This document shows, one piece after another, positions 28,985 to 41,299 of a stretch of DNA of 64,000 nt (position 1 is the stretch's first letter; each line of letters starts with the position of its first letter). A model generated the notes under the pieces. It ran no database searches. It was not told the DNA's origin and saw only the letters and a list, made by a program, of their open reading frames with translations. Source of the stretch: Octopus bimaculoides (Eukaryota). The stretch lies in contig NC_068993.1 in NCBI RefSeq assembly GCF_001194135.2, positions 21,806,484 to 21,870,483 on the forward strand. The letters are read 5' to 3'. A program made the translations under genes and the position numbers.

Positions 28985-29083
<99 letters not shown>

Positions 29084-29134
29084 TGTGTATACATGCATAT
29101 CTATATATAATATATATATATATATGTATGTATA

Positions 29135-30621
29135 TTGGGTCGTCCCATAAACTATGCAGGCTTTTTTATACTTCTTATGTATTTCAAAATTAAGATAAAC
29201 CAAGTTATTTTTTAATCTAAAATATACTCTCCTTCATTTTCTACAAAGCTCTTCAATCTATCTGGTAGACCTCACGGCCCCCACTTCCAAAATTCACTTG
29301 TCCATGACGAAAAATACACCTCCACTACTGTTCTGACGCCGTCTACAGATTTCAGATTGTTCCCATCCGAATGATTTTGATGAGAGAGGAATAAATGTTA
29401 ATCACATCAAGAAAAAATGGGTAGTGGGGAATCAAACTACTCCAGCCTTTGGAATGTCATCTTCGCTGTATGTAGCCGAACATTATCCTGATAGAAGAAC
29501 ATATTTCGTCTTGAAACGAAAGATGGTTGTTTTTCTTCTAGTGCTGACTTAAGCCTCTCAAGATGCTCGCATTAGAACTCCTTAGCTAATGTTTGGTTTG
29601 GGTTTAAAAGTTGAAAGTGAACTAAAAATTTTCATGTTCCACCAAACAGCTAACAACACCTTACGTGTGGGAAGACATTCTTTATCCTTGGAGGCGGTGT
29701 TTCTCCTTTCCCTACCCACTGTCTTCGGCACTAGACATTTTTCTAGAGAACCCATTTCTCGTTACCAGTCACTATTTGATCCAAAAATAGGTTCATCCGT
29801 GAGACGTGACAGCAAAGAAGAGCACATATTCACTCTTTATGCACGATCAGACACCGAAATTTTGTGAGGAACCCATTGACCTAATTTGCTGACTTTACCT
29901 TTTCTGCTCTAGGGACAAGGCTCGAAATTTTGGGGGAGAGCAGGCCAGTCAACTAGATCGACCCCAGTATGCAACTGCTACTTAATTTATCGACCCCGAA
30001 AAGATGAAAGACAAAGTTGACCTCGGCGGAATTTGGGTTAAGGAACGTAAAGACAGACGAAATACCGCTAAGCATTTTGCCCGGCGTGCTAAAGTTTCTG
30101 ACACCTCCCCGCCTTAAATTTACTGACTTTTCCGATGGCATACAAATGTCGATGAACAGTTGAATGACAAAATCCAAACTTCCTGCCAGCTAGTTCTTCA
30201 AAAGTTGCGACGGCATTTTGTTCCACCAGTTTTTGCGGGACGTACTTGTCGAGCTCTACAGATCTACCAGGACGAGGTTCGTCTTATAGGCAGTTGTTTC
30301 TGGGTTAGAATTTCTGGAACCACCGTCCATACTGACTTACGCTTATTGTCCGATCCCCATATACTGCATTAATATTCCTAGCACTTTCCGTTGCACTGTT
30401 TCCTTTCTTGAAATCATAAGCGAAATATGCCGAATATGCTTCTATGTAAATTCAATTATAGATTTCACAAAAGTAACTGTTTAAATCGAACTGCACTCTT
30501 CAAAACTTGCAATAAGATTAAGTCTAAAGTGAAATGATTACCTGCTTTTATAGCGAGTTTGTCCCCCTCCGTCTTTTAGTTCATGCAATAAAAAAACACC
30601 ATTATTTATGGGCTGACCCAA
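29135..30621 (-). mobile_element. Near full-length decayed mariner (Tc1/mariner) in the FMRFamide intron
   Basis: Inverted termini TA-TTGGGTCGTCCCATAAA (29133) and TA-TTGGGTCAGCCCATAAA (reverse complement, ending 30623). Minus strand gives HIRHI, YDFKKGNSATESARNINAVYGDRT, RWFQKF, DEPRPGRS, QDNVRLHTAK and ENEGEYILD*. About 1.28 kb once the nested SINE is removed. Confidence 0.85.
29906..30115 (-). mobile_element. Family-A SINE nested inside the mariner
   Basis: Family-A sequence interrupts the transposase. The same SINE/mariner junction recurs at ~54290. Confidence 0.85.
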
Positions 30622-30820
30622 TATATATACATACACACACACATACANNNNNNNNNNNNNNNNNNNNNNNNNNNNNNNNNNNNNNNNNNNNNNNNNNNNN
30701 NNNNNNNNNNNNNNNNNNNNNNNNNNNNNNNNNNNNNNNNNNNNNNNNNNNNNNNNNNNNNNNNNNNNNNNNNNNNNNNNNNNNNNNNNNNNNNNNNNNN
30801 NNNNNNNNNNNNNNNNNNNN

Positions 30821-30851
<31 letters not shown>

Positions 30852-31874
30852 GAGAGAGAGAAGGGGGAGACAGACAGGTAAACTGACAACGAGCGGTGTG
30901 TGTGTGTGTGTGTGCATTATTAAAAGGAAATTACGACCTTGACTTCGGTGCTTCACAAATATTACTTTCATTACAGAATATATTTTCTTTCAGTTCGTCT
31001 TGTGAGCAGAGTTGTTGTAAAGTAGATGTAATGCAATATTGCGTTTTGTTGCAAACAAACATGTCTTTGTGGCTGCTTTAATTTATTGTTTTGTATAAGT
31101 AAGGATTTGTAAGTATAGAAAACCGAAAAGATAAAAAAGAGAAAGCAAAGAAAAGATGGCAAAGAAAATACTGTCTAGGATGCGTCATCATCTTTGTTCA
31201 ATACAGGTAGGTAAGAGATTTTAAATTGGATTCATTTGTGGAAAGAAGTTAGGAATTAGATTTATGTTAAATTTGATACTTCCGAAGCATTTATAGAAAC
31301 AAAGAGGGTGAAATTCATATGTAAGAACAAGTATTATGTTTTGAGGTGAAAGTTCACGTACAAGCACAAGTTATCTTGAGCAAGACGGTCCATTTAAAAG
31401 TCCTGGATTTGTGAAATACAGTGGGATAGTAGTTTGTGATTCACATACATGCATACAAGCATGCGCGCATACACATAAACACATACACATATATGCATAT
31501 ATATATATACGTCTGTGTGTATCACTCCTAACGTCTGAAATGATATATGTACGTTCATTACTAAAGTTCTCGTAAGCCGTTACACGTATATCTGCATATA
31601 TACACGCAAACATGCATACATTGTCGCTCAAACTGTAGAACTCTTTTACTCATATACATATAGAGAGGCGCATAAGCTGTTATATTATTTTCTTCATAAC
31701 TTCTCTTCGGTTTCTCACCCATAGCGAAGCAGTTTTTGAAACTTGGACGATGACCATGCCGGCTATTATCTTGCGAATGAAATTGGTATGGAAGGCCTAA
31801 ACTATATAGAACACAGTCATGTGAGTGTCCGTGTGTGTATGAGCGTGTGCTATCGTTTGTGTATTTGTGTTCGT

Positions 31875-31923
<49 letters not shown>

Positions 31924-32149
31924 CCCCGACCATTTATTTTCATCGCTCAGCAAATAGCGCTGTAGAATGTTGGCATCTAGGCTATGGGAACGAAACCAAA
32001 TCTGGTTGCGATTAGGAAAACCGTAATTTAACGATGGCTGGTATGGACAAACGCTTTAGACTAATATAAATTGATAATCTTTTTACCAATGTCTCATTTA
32101 AAATGTATCGTTTGCAATATAATTTAACTACGGAGATATCTGTCAAGAA

Positions 32150-33600
32150 ATCACTTTGGCTATTGCATCTCTGATAACACTACTAAACACAAGCGATGTT
32201 CTCTTGGCGATCACTTTTATTGTAACCTTTAACTCAGTGTGTTAAAGATTTACGGGTTAAAAAATTTCTATCATTTCGCCTCGTTCTAGCTTTTCTTGAA
32301 CAGTGCAACCATAATTTTGTTGTTGCTGCTTTTATAGTTAATAGGAAATATCTCGCCTTCCAAGCAGAAATCACAGTAACATATTTATTCAATCGGATAA
32401 CGGATCCTGTTCTAATTTACTATTTATGATTCTTATAATGATCCGCTTATTCGGCGATAATTCATCCGACAACACAGATAGGTAATGATTGCTTGGATTA
32501 TGACTTCTTTATTTATCTATTTCAGAATAATTTATTCTAATAATTTTGTCATTAGAAAATAATATAATATGGTTAGTTAACGCTATTTAAATGGGCAGTC
32601 ATTATTTTCTTGTTGAGTGGATAACTCTTTACGTCGTATATCTTTTTATCAGGCCTCCCTCTTAGTATTCCTCCGTTAATGAGAATTTTTCATTCGACGA
32701 AGCTGTTAGTGTTTCTAGTTTATATACTGAACTTCCCAATGAATTTTGATGTGAATCGGTGAATGTAGAACCAGCAACGAAGCAGTGGAAAATTGTCCTT
32801 GTTCTAGAAGTCAATGTTGAGCTCTCTGCATATTTCTAATTCTTTTTTTTTTTTTGTTATCATTTAGTCGAATGTTATTTGCATGCTTACCGCTAGTTCA
32901 CACATGTCCCTGTTATATTTACCCAGTTGTTAGTTTGGATATGGAAGAAGAGCATGATCTTGATATTGATGAAATGAGAAGCGTGTTTCTTAGAAGGTGG
33001 TGACTGTAATTTAAGTACAAAATAATTCGTTTGTGCTTTCTTTATCTAGAGTTATTTCCTCTGCTTTAACCATCGAAGATAAGGTTTGATCATGACGTTT
33101 TGGATTCTCATTGAATGTGTTCTTGCTAGAACACCATCATTTCTAATATTGTCATTCGATTAGATTTTCAAGAACGACTGAATATTTTCATGCTGAAAAT
33201 GTTCGTGTTGGCGTATTTGATGTTGATAAGCTATTTATGGATCGGCAATGAGTTAAAACAAAGAACATTTTTGTTATCATTTTTTGCTGCTCAGAGACAG
33301 AAGTGTTATGAGAACCAAATTTCCCGAATAACAAGTTGTAAAAGGTTTCTCTTTATTACAATTACCAAATGGCAATTGAGAAAGCTCCGTATGAGAAGAG
33401 ATGATTTTAAGGATCAAACATTTTCCAAAATTAAAATGCTATTGAAGAAAATAACAGACTTATGATTTGTAAAGAAGAAGAGAATCGCGGACATAGGATT
33501 TTGCCTGAATTGGAGTTTCCCTAACATGTCTCCTGCAACAAAAACACATGGACGTATACAGGAGGCGTAGAACATATGTATGGCCTAAATAGTTTAACTA
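32150..33600 (-). mobile_element. Heavily decayed Penelope-like element (RT thumb + GIY-YIG remnants); duplicate at ~57790-59500
   Basis: Fragmentary minus-strand motifs: KSTNELFLYLNYSHH (KPTDxHxYLxxxSxHP-like), SISRSCS, NDCPF and CDFCLEGEIF (CxLCLxEK-like). Many stops. Confidence 0.45.
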
Positions 33601-33825
33601 AAGATTATGGTATTCGTTTTGCCACGAGGATGTAGATATTTTATGGCATCCTGTGCAAATGTCATAAAGTATAGACAGAAATTGTGAAAACTTTCTCTGG
33701 TGGTTTATAAGTAGAATTCTGACGCTACAGCTTTGACAAACATTGATTGATACACGCTGATTCTTCTTTAAAACTGACGTTATGGGCACATATGCACTAT
33801 CATAACGAATACTTATAGATGCATA

Positions 33826-33900
<75 letters not shown>

Positions 33901-34750
33901 CTTCCACTTTTTCTATCCCCAAAGGTTTATCAATGTTATCCTCTTATTTATAGATTTATATATTGTTACCAGTAGTAGACAGAGTGGATAAATCTTGTAA
34001 CATACGTATCATATATATGACAAACAGATATATTTTATTACCATCAAGACATAACATAAGATGTTGTGCGTTTGATCAATGGAATGATAATTAATTAAAT
34101 GTATATGTTGTGGAAAAATCAAAATTGTGTCCATTAATAAATTTTGAAATTCTTTATGCAATTTAATGTATGTTTTGTATTTAAACGACAACTGATTACT
34201 ATCTAAATTTGTGCTTTGTTTCCAATATGATTTAATACACACTTGTTTTTTTTTATTTCCTTATTACATCTTGAAGATTTTGGAGAATTTTGGTTCTGTA
34301 TTTCAATATTTATTGTTCTTCAATTCTCGTAGATCACTGTCGTGATAAATTTCATTGAGACACAAATTCAAAATGAAACATGATTGCGGTAGCCCATGTA
34401 CAAAGTATAATATTTAGTCCGTACTTCAAAATATCGGTGTTGCATTTATTAGAGATGCACGATGTTTTATAATTGCGATACTAGACTTACAATTATAACT
34501 ATGTACACCTTGGTGAAACGAAGAAAATGTGAAAGAATACGGAGAATAGTGGAACATTTTATGAACGCAAGCAGCTGCAGCACTGTTCTATCGTGGGGAA
34601 ACCACTGGCTCACCTATCAAATTTGGTATGTATTCAGAGTGAATAATAATAAAATAATAAATCGAAATATTAACTAAATCGATGGATAGATAAGATAGGG
34701 TCGTTGATAGGTACTATGGTCCGTGAGTACTAACATATATAGGTATATAT

Positions 34751-35200
34751 AAAATTTAATAATGAGGGTAGAAATCGATATTAATCAATCAAAAGCAGTG
34801 GCCTAGCATATTTAAAAAATCCGAAGATTAAAATTATATTACATACAAAATTAAGAGGAATGACCACCAAAAGTGGACTCCTATATGCTAGAAATAGATG
34901 CCAAATTACCTAACCTCGAAGAGTGTGTTCTCAAGAAAAAACTTTCAGCAAATCGCCAGACTGTAAAAATGAGCAATACAAATGAAAATATATGAAATGA
35001 AAAAAACGATTAACTTACGTACCAATGGTTACACAAGTAAATATCTGCAGGATCATCAGTGTAGTCTGTCTATTACAAAATATGATTTTCAGAACTAAAC
35101 ACAGAACGTTCACCCCAGAGGAAGCATGTGTAAAGTTCTGCAAATTACATTCGGTGTATTTTTTGATTAATATCAATTTCTACCCTCATTATTAAATTTT
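34751..35200. repeat. ~40-bp inverted repeat pair (34751-34794 / 35161-35200) in a copy-1-specific insertion
   Basis: AAAATTTAATAATGAGGGTAGAAATCGATATTAATCAA versus the reverse complement of TTTTGATTAATATCAATTTCTACCCTCATTATTAAATTTT. Confidence 0.85.
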
Positions 35201-35295
35201 TGAATAACGATGTTCTCAAACCGGTAAATAAGCTGCAGAAATTTATCAATTGCAGAGTTATTTCCGGCCTCAGCGCGCCAGATAGGTCGTGCTAC

Positions 35296-35338
35296 TTCAG
35301 GCTGATGACGAGCAATGACTCAGAAACATGTCCCTGAA
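35296..35338 (+). ncRNA. Minimal type I hammerhead ribozyme motif (Penelope-associated type)
   Basis: TTCAGG-CTGATGA-cGAGcaatgaCTCa-GAAAC-AT-GTC-CCTGAA: 6-bp stem I (TTCAGG/CCTGAA), intact CUGAUGA and GAAA cores, GAG/CTC stem II, palindromic ACATGT stem III and a GUC cleavage triplet. Confidence 0.75.
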
Positions 35339-36087
35339 TGCAGGCTAGGCTGGGTGGGGATGCTTGTCTCCCCCTCACAAATATAAGGACACAGAAAATG
35401 TGTAAAGGCCGATATGAAGTGGTCCAGCTTCCTAGGGCTAAATAGCGGCAGTATGATTCCCTAATAGCGACTGTAGATAGTTATATGGATGTAAGGATAG
35501 ATATATAGATAGTACGAAATAATTTCATTTAATCTCTAAGGTACATTTACTCAAGCAAAACGTACGCATTGTAATTTCAGTTATATAAATAACGTGTCAG
35601 ATTTAATCACATCAAAACCTCTAATATGAAGAAGACTTAACTTATTAGTCAATAATATATTATAATCTAAGCCTATCATTTCCAAAGGATGTATATTAGA
35701 CGAAAGTGGTATTGTAATATCTGAGCGTTGCGGGGACAAAGGTCATAGTGGAACATAGAATTGTGAAACGAATTAGTTATAGCCCCGTAAATTATGATTC
35801 CGTATTTCTTTAACGTTGTATATATGGTGTTGATAACCTCGGTATATGTAAATAGACCTTATATAGTTATGAATATAGTAGTTGTAGTAGTATTCATAGA
35901 AAAAAAAATCTGTTTGAAACATTGTGAGATAGGGCAAGTCTCTGCGATAACAGTACAATAACAATCATACTAATATTGCTAGTGAGAACAATGCCAATAG
36001 TAATGTCAGTACTAATAATGATGATGTTAATTATGATACATTAAGACAAATATTTATGCCTTTTTTTCTTTTCTTATCTCTTTGCAG

Positions 36088-36899
36088 GTTCTGAAGAAGG
36101 ATTAAAGAGCAAACGCTTTCTTCGTCCAGGAAGAGCTCTTTCTGGAGATGCTTTCTTGAGATTTGGTAAGAATGGTCTAAATTTACCATTCGAAGATAAA
36201 CGATTCCTTCGATTTGGTAGAACTGATCGTCAATTTGAAGATATGCTAAAGGAAGTTTTACAGAGAGCTGAAAACGTTGACAATAGACAAAAGAGATCCA
36301 CTGACAACATTCCTCAAAGCTCAGTTCAAGATGACAGTTCGAAAATTACGAAGAGAAATGCTGACGCCAGTGATAACGGAATGGACAAGAGGTTTATGAA
36401 ATTTGGTAAATCCGGTGATCTTCCTTACGTCAATGAGTGGAGTGACAAGCGTTTCATGAGATTCGGTCGGGAACCTGACAAGCGATTCATGCGATTTGGA
36501 AAATCTGATGATAAACGATTCATGCGCTTTGGTAGAAACCCAAATGAACTTGAAGATAGACTCGAAGAAGGAAAACGCTTTATGAGATTTGGACGGGGCA
36601 ATGAGGAAGAAGAAAAACGGTTTATGAGGTTTGGACGAGATCCTGACAGTAAGTTAATGGGTTATGGTAATAGTGAGGAAGAAAAACGCTTTATGCGCTT
36701 TGGTAGAATGTCAGACGAAGCTGATGCTCAAAAAAGGTTCATGAGATTTGGCCGAAGTGTTGATGATGACAAGGCGAACAGGTTGAAAAAATCAAACGAT
36801 CAGCTTCGTACGATAAGAATGGGACGTAGCGTTGATGATAAAAAGGTGAACAGCGCTAATGGGGATGCGTACCTAAGAATTGGACAAAGTGATGAATAA
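36088..36899 (+). CDS. FMRFamide: FMRFamide precursor peptide-coding terminal exon (copy 1)
   Basis: Strong pyrimidine tract and TTTGCAG acceptor ending at 36087, in frame with the signal exon. Encodes KR-FLRP-GR, ALSGDAFLRF-GK, KR-FLRF-GR, an RQKR furin-type site, KR-FMKF-GK and seven KR-FMRF-G(R/K) units; stop TAA at 36897-36899. Joined CDS is 954 nt, 317 aa. Confidence 0.97.
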
Positions 36900-38389
36900 G
36901 ATGTTGGTACGTTGAGCAGGCTGACGGGATCCGTCCCATCTTTGGAAATAAGAAAATCAACTTTTTTCAAAACAAATAACTGCAGTAACAACAACAAGGA
37001 GCAACATCAGCAAGAATATGAGTAGGAACAAATAGAATATCAATACAACAACAACAATACCAATCAGATTTTGTGATCATATCTTGAACGTTGTGTTTAC
37101 ATCTATCATAAAACATCTGTTGGAGAGTAACGAACTGCTTGTTTAGGAGGAAACATTTTGATTTCTATATGACCAGTTCTAATTGAAAAGAAAGAAAGAA
37201 GGACATTATAAATTCATCAACAACTCAACTCTCTTATGGTGGTAGTTGGTATATTTCTCTATATTGTACAATTTATATAAAACTGGATCGATAGATCCTC
37301 GTCGTATCCAGAAATTCAGGACTTATACCAGCCTTCAATGTAGAGCTTTCTTCAGCATGCTTCATCACTATGTGTATATATGTATATGTGTATATGTGTT
37401 TATGTATACATTTGTCGAAAACCCCACTCTATATATATACCACTGTATATTTATGTTCGTGGTTATGTATGTGCATGTATGTTATATATATATATACATA
37501 TTTATATATGTACATACTATCATATATGTGCACTAGTTTGCATACATAACCCTCTCACATATGCATCAATATGCATCACAGACAAACATATAAATATATA
37601 TACATAGAAAAGAACCACCAAATAGAGTGAGTTTGATGAAATGGTTTTATGAAAATTAAATGTAAATTTTGTGGAGAATTAAAATTTTATTATATATCCT
37701 TCACGAGATTTCAGATTTACTTATCCAACTTAATGTACGTATTCTAATTAAACAATAATTATTTGCTGCCAAATGTATTTCTTACTTCAAATGTAGTTGA
37801 ATGCTTTGTTGTTGTTATATACTGACAAAATTGCTGGTGGTAAATCTGCATATTTAAACTCTTTTTGATTCTTTTATTCCTACATATAAAATTTGCAATA
37901 GAGTTTGGTGAAACATGGCTGTAATCAGAGATCAGGTCTCCGAAAGAATTATCTGTGGGGTCAACAACTGGCATGTTTATTTATTAGGTACAAGAGCTGA
38001 TATTTGTATCTAGTATTTATACATATTTTCAGTGTGATGAACTGAGATGTACCGAAAGAGAGTAAGAAGTGTGCCAGGCTACTAACAATAGTACACAATT
38101 TTATAGGTAGACCTTGCACATGGCGACTGATCTTTCAAAAGTTTGTAGCCGATTATAACAATTATACAATTTAATTGTTGTTCAATTTATTGACACAGTA
38201 AAGATGAAAAGCAAAGTCAAATGTCACAGAAGCTGAACTCAGAGCGTGGAGGGTTATAACTAAATACCTTGTGATAGTTTGTTTGAAGTTCTGCCAACCT
38301 GCTGCCATTATATCTAAGTAGAGGAAGATGATTGTCTTACTAGAAGTACAAGAGTTTCGATACACACNNNNNNNNNNTATTTTGCCTTT

Positions 38390-38590
38390 GCGGCTCCATT
38401 GGTGGCTAATGAGCCCTGCACTTGACAAGCATACACGACTGCAAACATTGCAGACCAAGCTTTCCCCAGTGACTATACGAGCCGTGCGCTTTCGCGTAGC
38501 TCGCTTAAGTTCTTCATGCTGGATACGTGCTCTCTCAAAAGTGTTGATCCCCTCCTTAACCTGCTTCTTCCATCAGTGACGATGACAGGC
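38390..38590 (-). mobile_element. RTE-clade LINE 3' end fragment
   Basis: Minus strand WKKQVKEGINTFERARIQHEELKRATRK followed by a Cys/His-containing tail, typical of RTE C-termini. Confidence 0.6.
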
Positions 38591-38926
38591 ATTGTTCTCC
38601 CAGTCAGTGTCCTGCATATCACAATATATATATATACATACATATATATGGAGTGATCCCTCGACTGTCGCAGGTTTTACGCTTATCATCCTCCTCCTGC
38701 AATGGATGACAGTCCGCGAAGTAGAAAAAGTACTGCACTGTATATGCTATCTTATTTTTTTTAATAATTTGCATATATTTATTTTATAAATGCAAATCAA
38801 TACCTCGGAGGAATCGACGTATGCTTAAATAATAAACCGCAAGAGGTGAACCATGATATGGCGAGGGATTACAGTATAGACAGGTTGATAGAGAGATTGA
38901 GAGAGAGAGAGAGAGAGAAAGAGAGC

Positions 38927-39017
<91 letters not shown>

Positions 39018-39292
39018 AGAAAAAGATTTTTAATAGTTTTGTTTGTATGTTGGCGTGTTTGCAACAAGTGCAACATATTTTTCTACGAATATTTAAATAA
39101 ATATATACTATTTCATACAGTTAAAATAAAATGTAACGGAATGGCCTAGAAGTTTTTATAAGAAAACAAACGTTCCATGTTTTGAATTTCATAATTTGGA
39201 ACAGAATATTTTTCAAAAAAATTTCAAAGTATTCCAGTTAATATAAGTCAGCAAAATATACCAATTTTAATGAAAAGAAATAAATATAGAAG

Positions 39293-39493
39293 GCAAGCGT
39301 GGGTGTGTGGTAAGAAGCTTGCTTTCCAACTATATGGTTCCAGGTTCAGTCCCACTGCGTGGCACCTCGGGCCAGTGACTTCTTCTGTAGCCTCTGGCCG
39401 ACCACAGCCTGAGTGGATGTAGTAGACGGAAAATGAAAGGAGCCCGTCGTATATGTATCTATATATGTCTGCCTGTATATATATGTCTGTCTG

Positions 39494-39541
<48 letters not shown>

Positions 39542-39700
39542 TGTTTGTGTTTGTCCCCTCTACAATCGCTTGACAACCGATGTGGGTGCGTTTACGTTAC
39601 GGTAACTTAGCGGTTCGGCACAATACACCGATCAAATAAGTACTAGGTGCTCCAGCCTGGCTGCAGTCAAATGACTGAAACAAATAAAAGAATAAAAGAA
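39293..39700 (+). mobile_element. Family-B SINE
   Basis: GTGTGGTAAGAAGCTTGCTTTCCAAC...GTTCAGTCCCACTGCGTGGCACC...internal (TA)n...GCAGTCAAATGACTGAAACAA. Confidence 0.85.
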
Positions 39701-41299
39701 TATATGACTAATGCAGCACATATCTGTTTCATTAGTTTACTGTGCTAGTATAGAACCTGACGCTAACGTACGTTGCTACAAGCCGGCGTCCTTTTTAATG
39801 ACCCAATTCTCTTTTAATAAGCTGAATTCATAAACATTTAAAGAGGCTTGAGTATGTTGGGATATCTATCGGTGGCGAAAATTAAAACGATTGCAATACA
39901 AAGAAATAAATCAAAGGAAGAAAAAATACCTTAGTACCAGATCCTCCTGAAATACTGAATTCCAAATATTACCTTCAAAATTCTGAGTTTCTCAAACCAA
40001 GCCTAATCATGAAAGTAATATAACTCATTTCATTTGCTATCATGTGAAGTCGCTGATATTAATTCATGTTTGATTTTTTCGTTACTATCATATTCAGTTA
40101 GAACTTTTTCAAATACTCTGTTAACGCTATCGTGCCATTATCATTAGTGTAATGAGCTAAACTTCTGACTCTGATGCACTGTCTAGAAACTATTTTATGA
40201 TATTGTGGTGCAGTTCATCAACGGTGAAATAATGAATACTATGGCTTAAAATAAAGAAGTAAATTAGGATATATATGTAACGATGGTGAAAGGCTAATTT
40301 GAAACTTAAGCAATTCATTTTCGAAATATACTTAATGACGTTGCTATTACTTTTGATTGCATGAATTACATAAAACTAATGAATGGTATGTCTTCCTTTG
40401 AATGCTTTGTTTTCATGAAATGTGTCTAGGATAATTCGCCTTTGAAAAGACCATCGTTCACTGACGTATACTTAGAACAGTAATCGTACATAAAGCTGCT
40501 ACAGTGACATTGCGTACACTGGTGAGTTTGCACCTTTCCTATATACACATGGATTTCACTGGACTCTTCCGCTGATGAGAAATCGCTCCAATACACCACG
40601 ACGTTCGAACCCTTTTGAACTTTTCTAAAACTCTTTTGGAATTTCTGGTTTTTCCTATTGTTGATTTTTCTTACTCTGTTTTCTCTCAATCCGTACTTTG
40701 ATACTTTGCCCCCTCTCTCTCTCTCTTTCCCTTTCCTTTTCCTTTTCGTCTTCACTTCTTCCTTTCTTCTCCCTTTCACCCCGTTTCTTCCTTTTTTCTC
40801 CTTCTTTCTCAACTTGTTTTTATTTTTCTTCTCCTCTTGCCTCCTATATTTTTTCTAGTTTTTAAAAAAAACGTTTTCTTCTCTTTTTACCTTTTGTATT
40901 TTTTCTCCTCAAGCCTTTTGAAGTTTTTTCTTCACGCCTTTTGAATTTCTTTTGATCGTCTATATTCCGTACATCATTTTTTGTCACCTTCTTCTCCCCC
41001 ATTTTTTCTCCTTTTTCAATCACACGCGATTACAAATCATTCCTCCTCCACCTTCACCACCACATAAAGAACACCTTTCCACATTTCCTTTCCGCTGCTT
41101 TCAACCTTCTATTAATCGTTCCCAACTAAATGAAAAAAAAAAAAAACACGCATCTCTAACCGCGGTTCATTTCTCAGTCGCTGCCTCCATCACCGCCTCA
41201 TCCCCAAAGGTGCCTGACTCCATTTCCACCCTACACTCCACTTTGCTTAAGCCCGTACTACTTCCATATTATCATTGTGCCATATTATGACAGTTTCTT

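Larger units (their letters stand above)
29986..37893 (+). repeat. Segmental duplication, copy 1 (intron + FMRFamide peptide exon + 3' flank)
   Basis: Collinear with 54154-63062 at many anchors: 30140-30621/54290-54769, 30940-34690/56570-60720, 35833-36137/61351-61656 and 37640-37870/62810-63040. Confidence 0.95.

Noticed and set aside
32043-32069. Intronic ATGGACAAACGCTTTAGACTAATATAA (MDKRFRLI*), also at 57704-57730, resembling MDKRFMKF in the exon
   Set aside because: No amidation Gly, an immediate stop, no convincing acceptor, and different codons from the exon; most likely coincidence.
40426-40812. 128-aa Lys/Arg-rich minus-strand ORF
   Set aside because: Mostly the translation of a CT-rich low-complexity tract; no recognisable domain or splice context.
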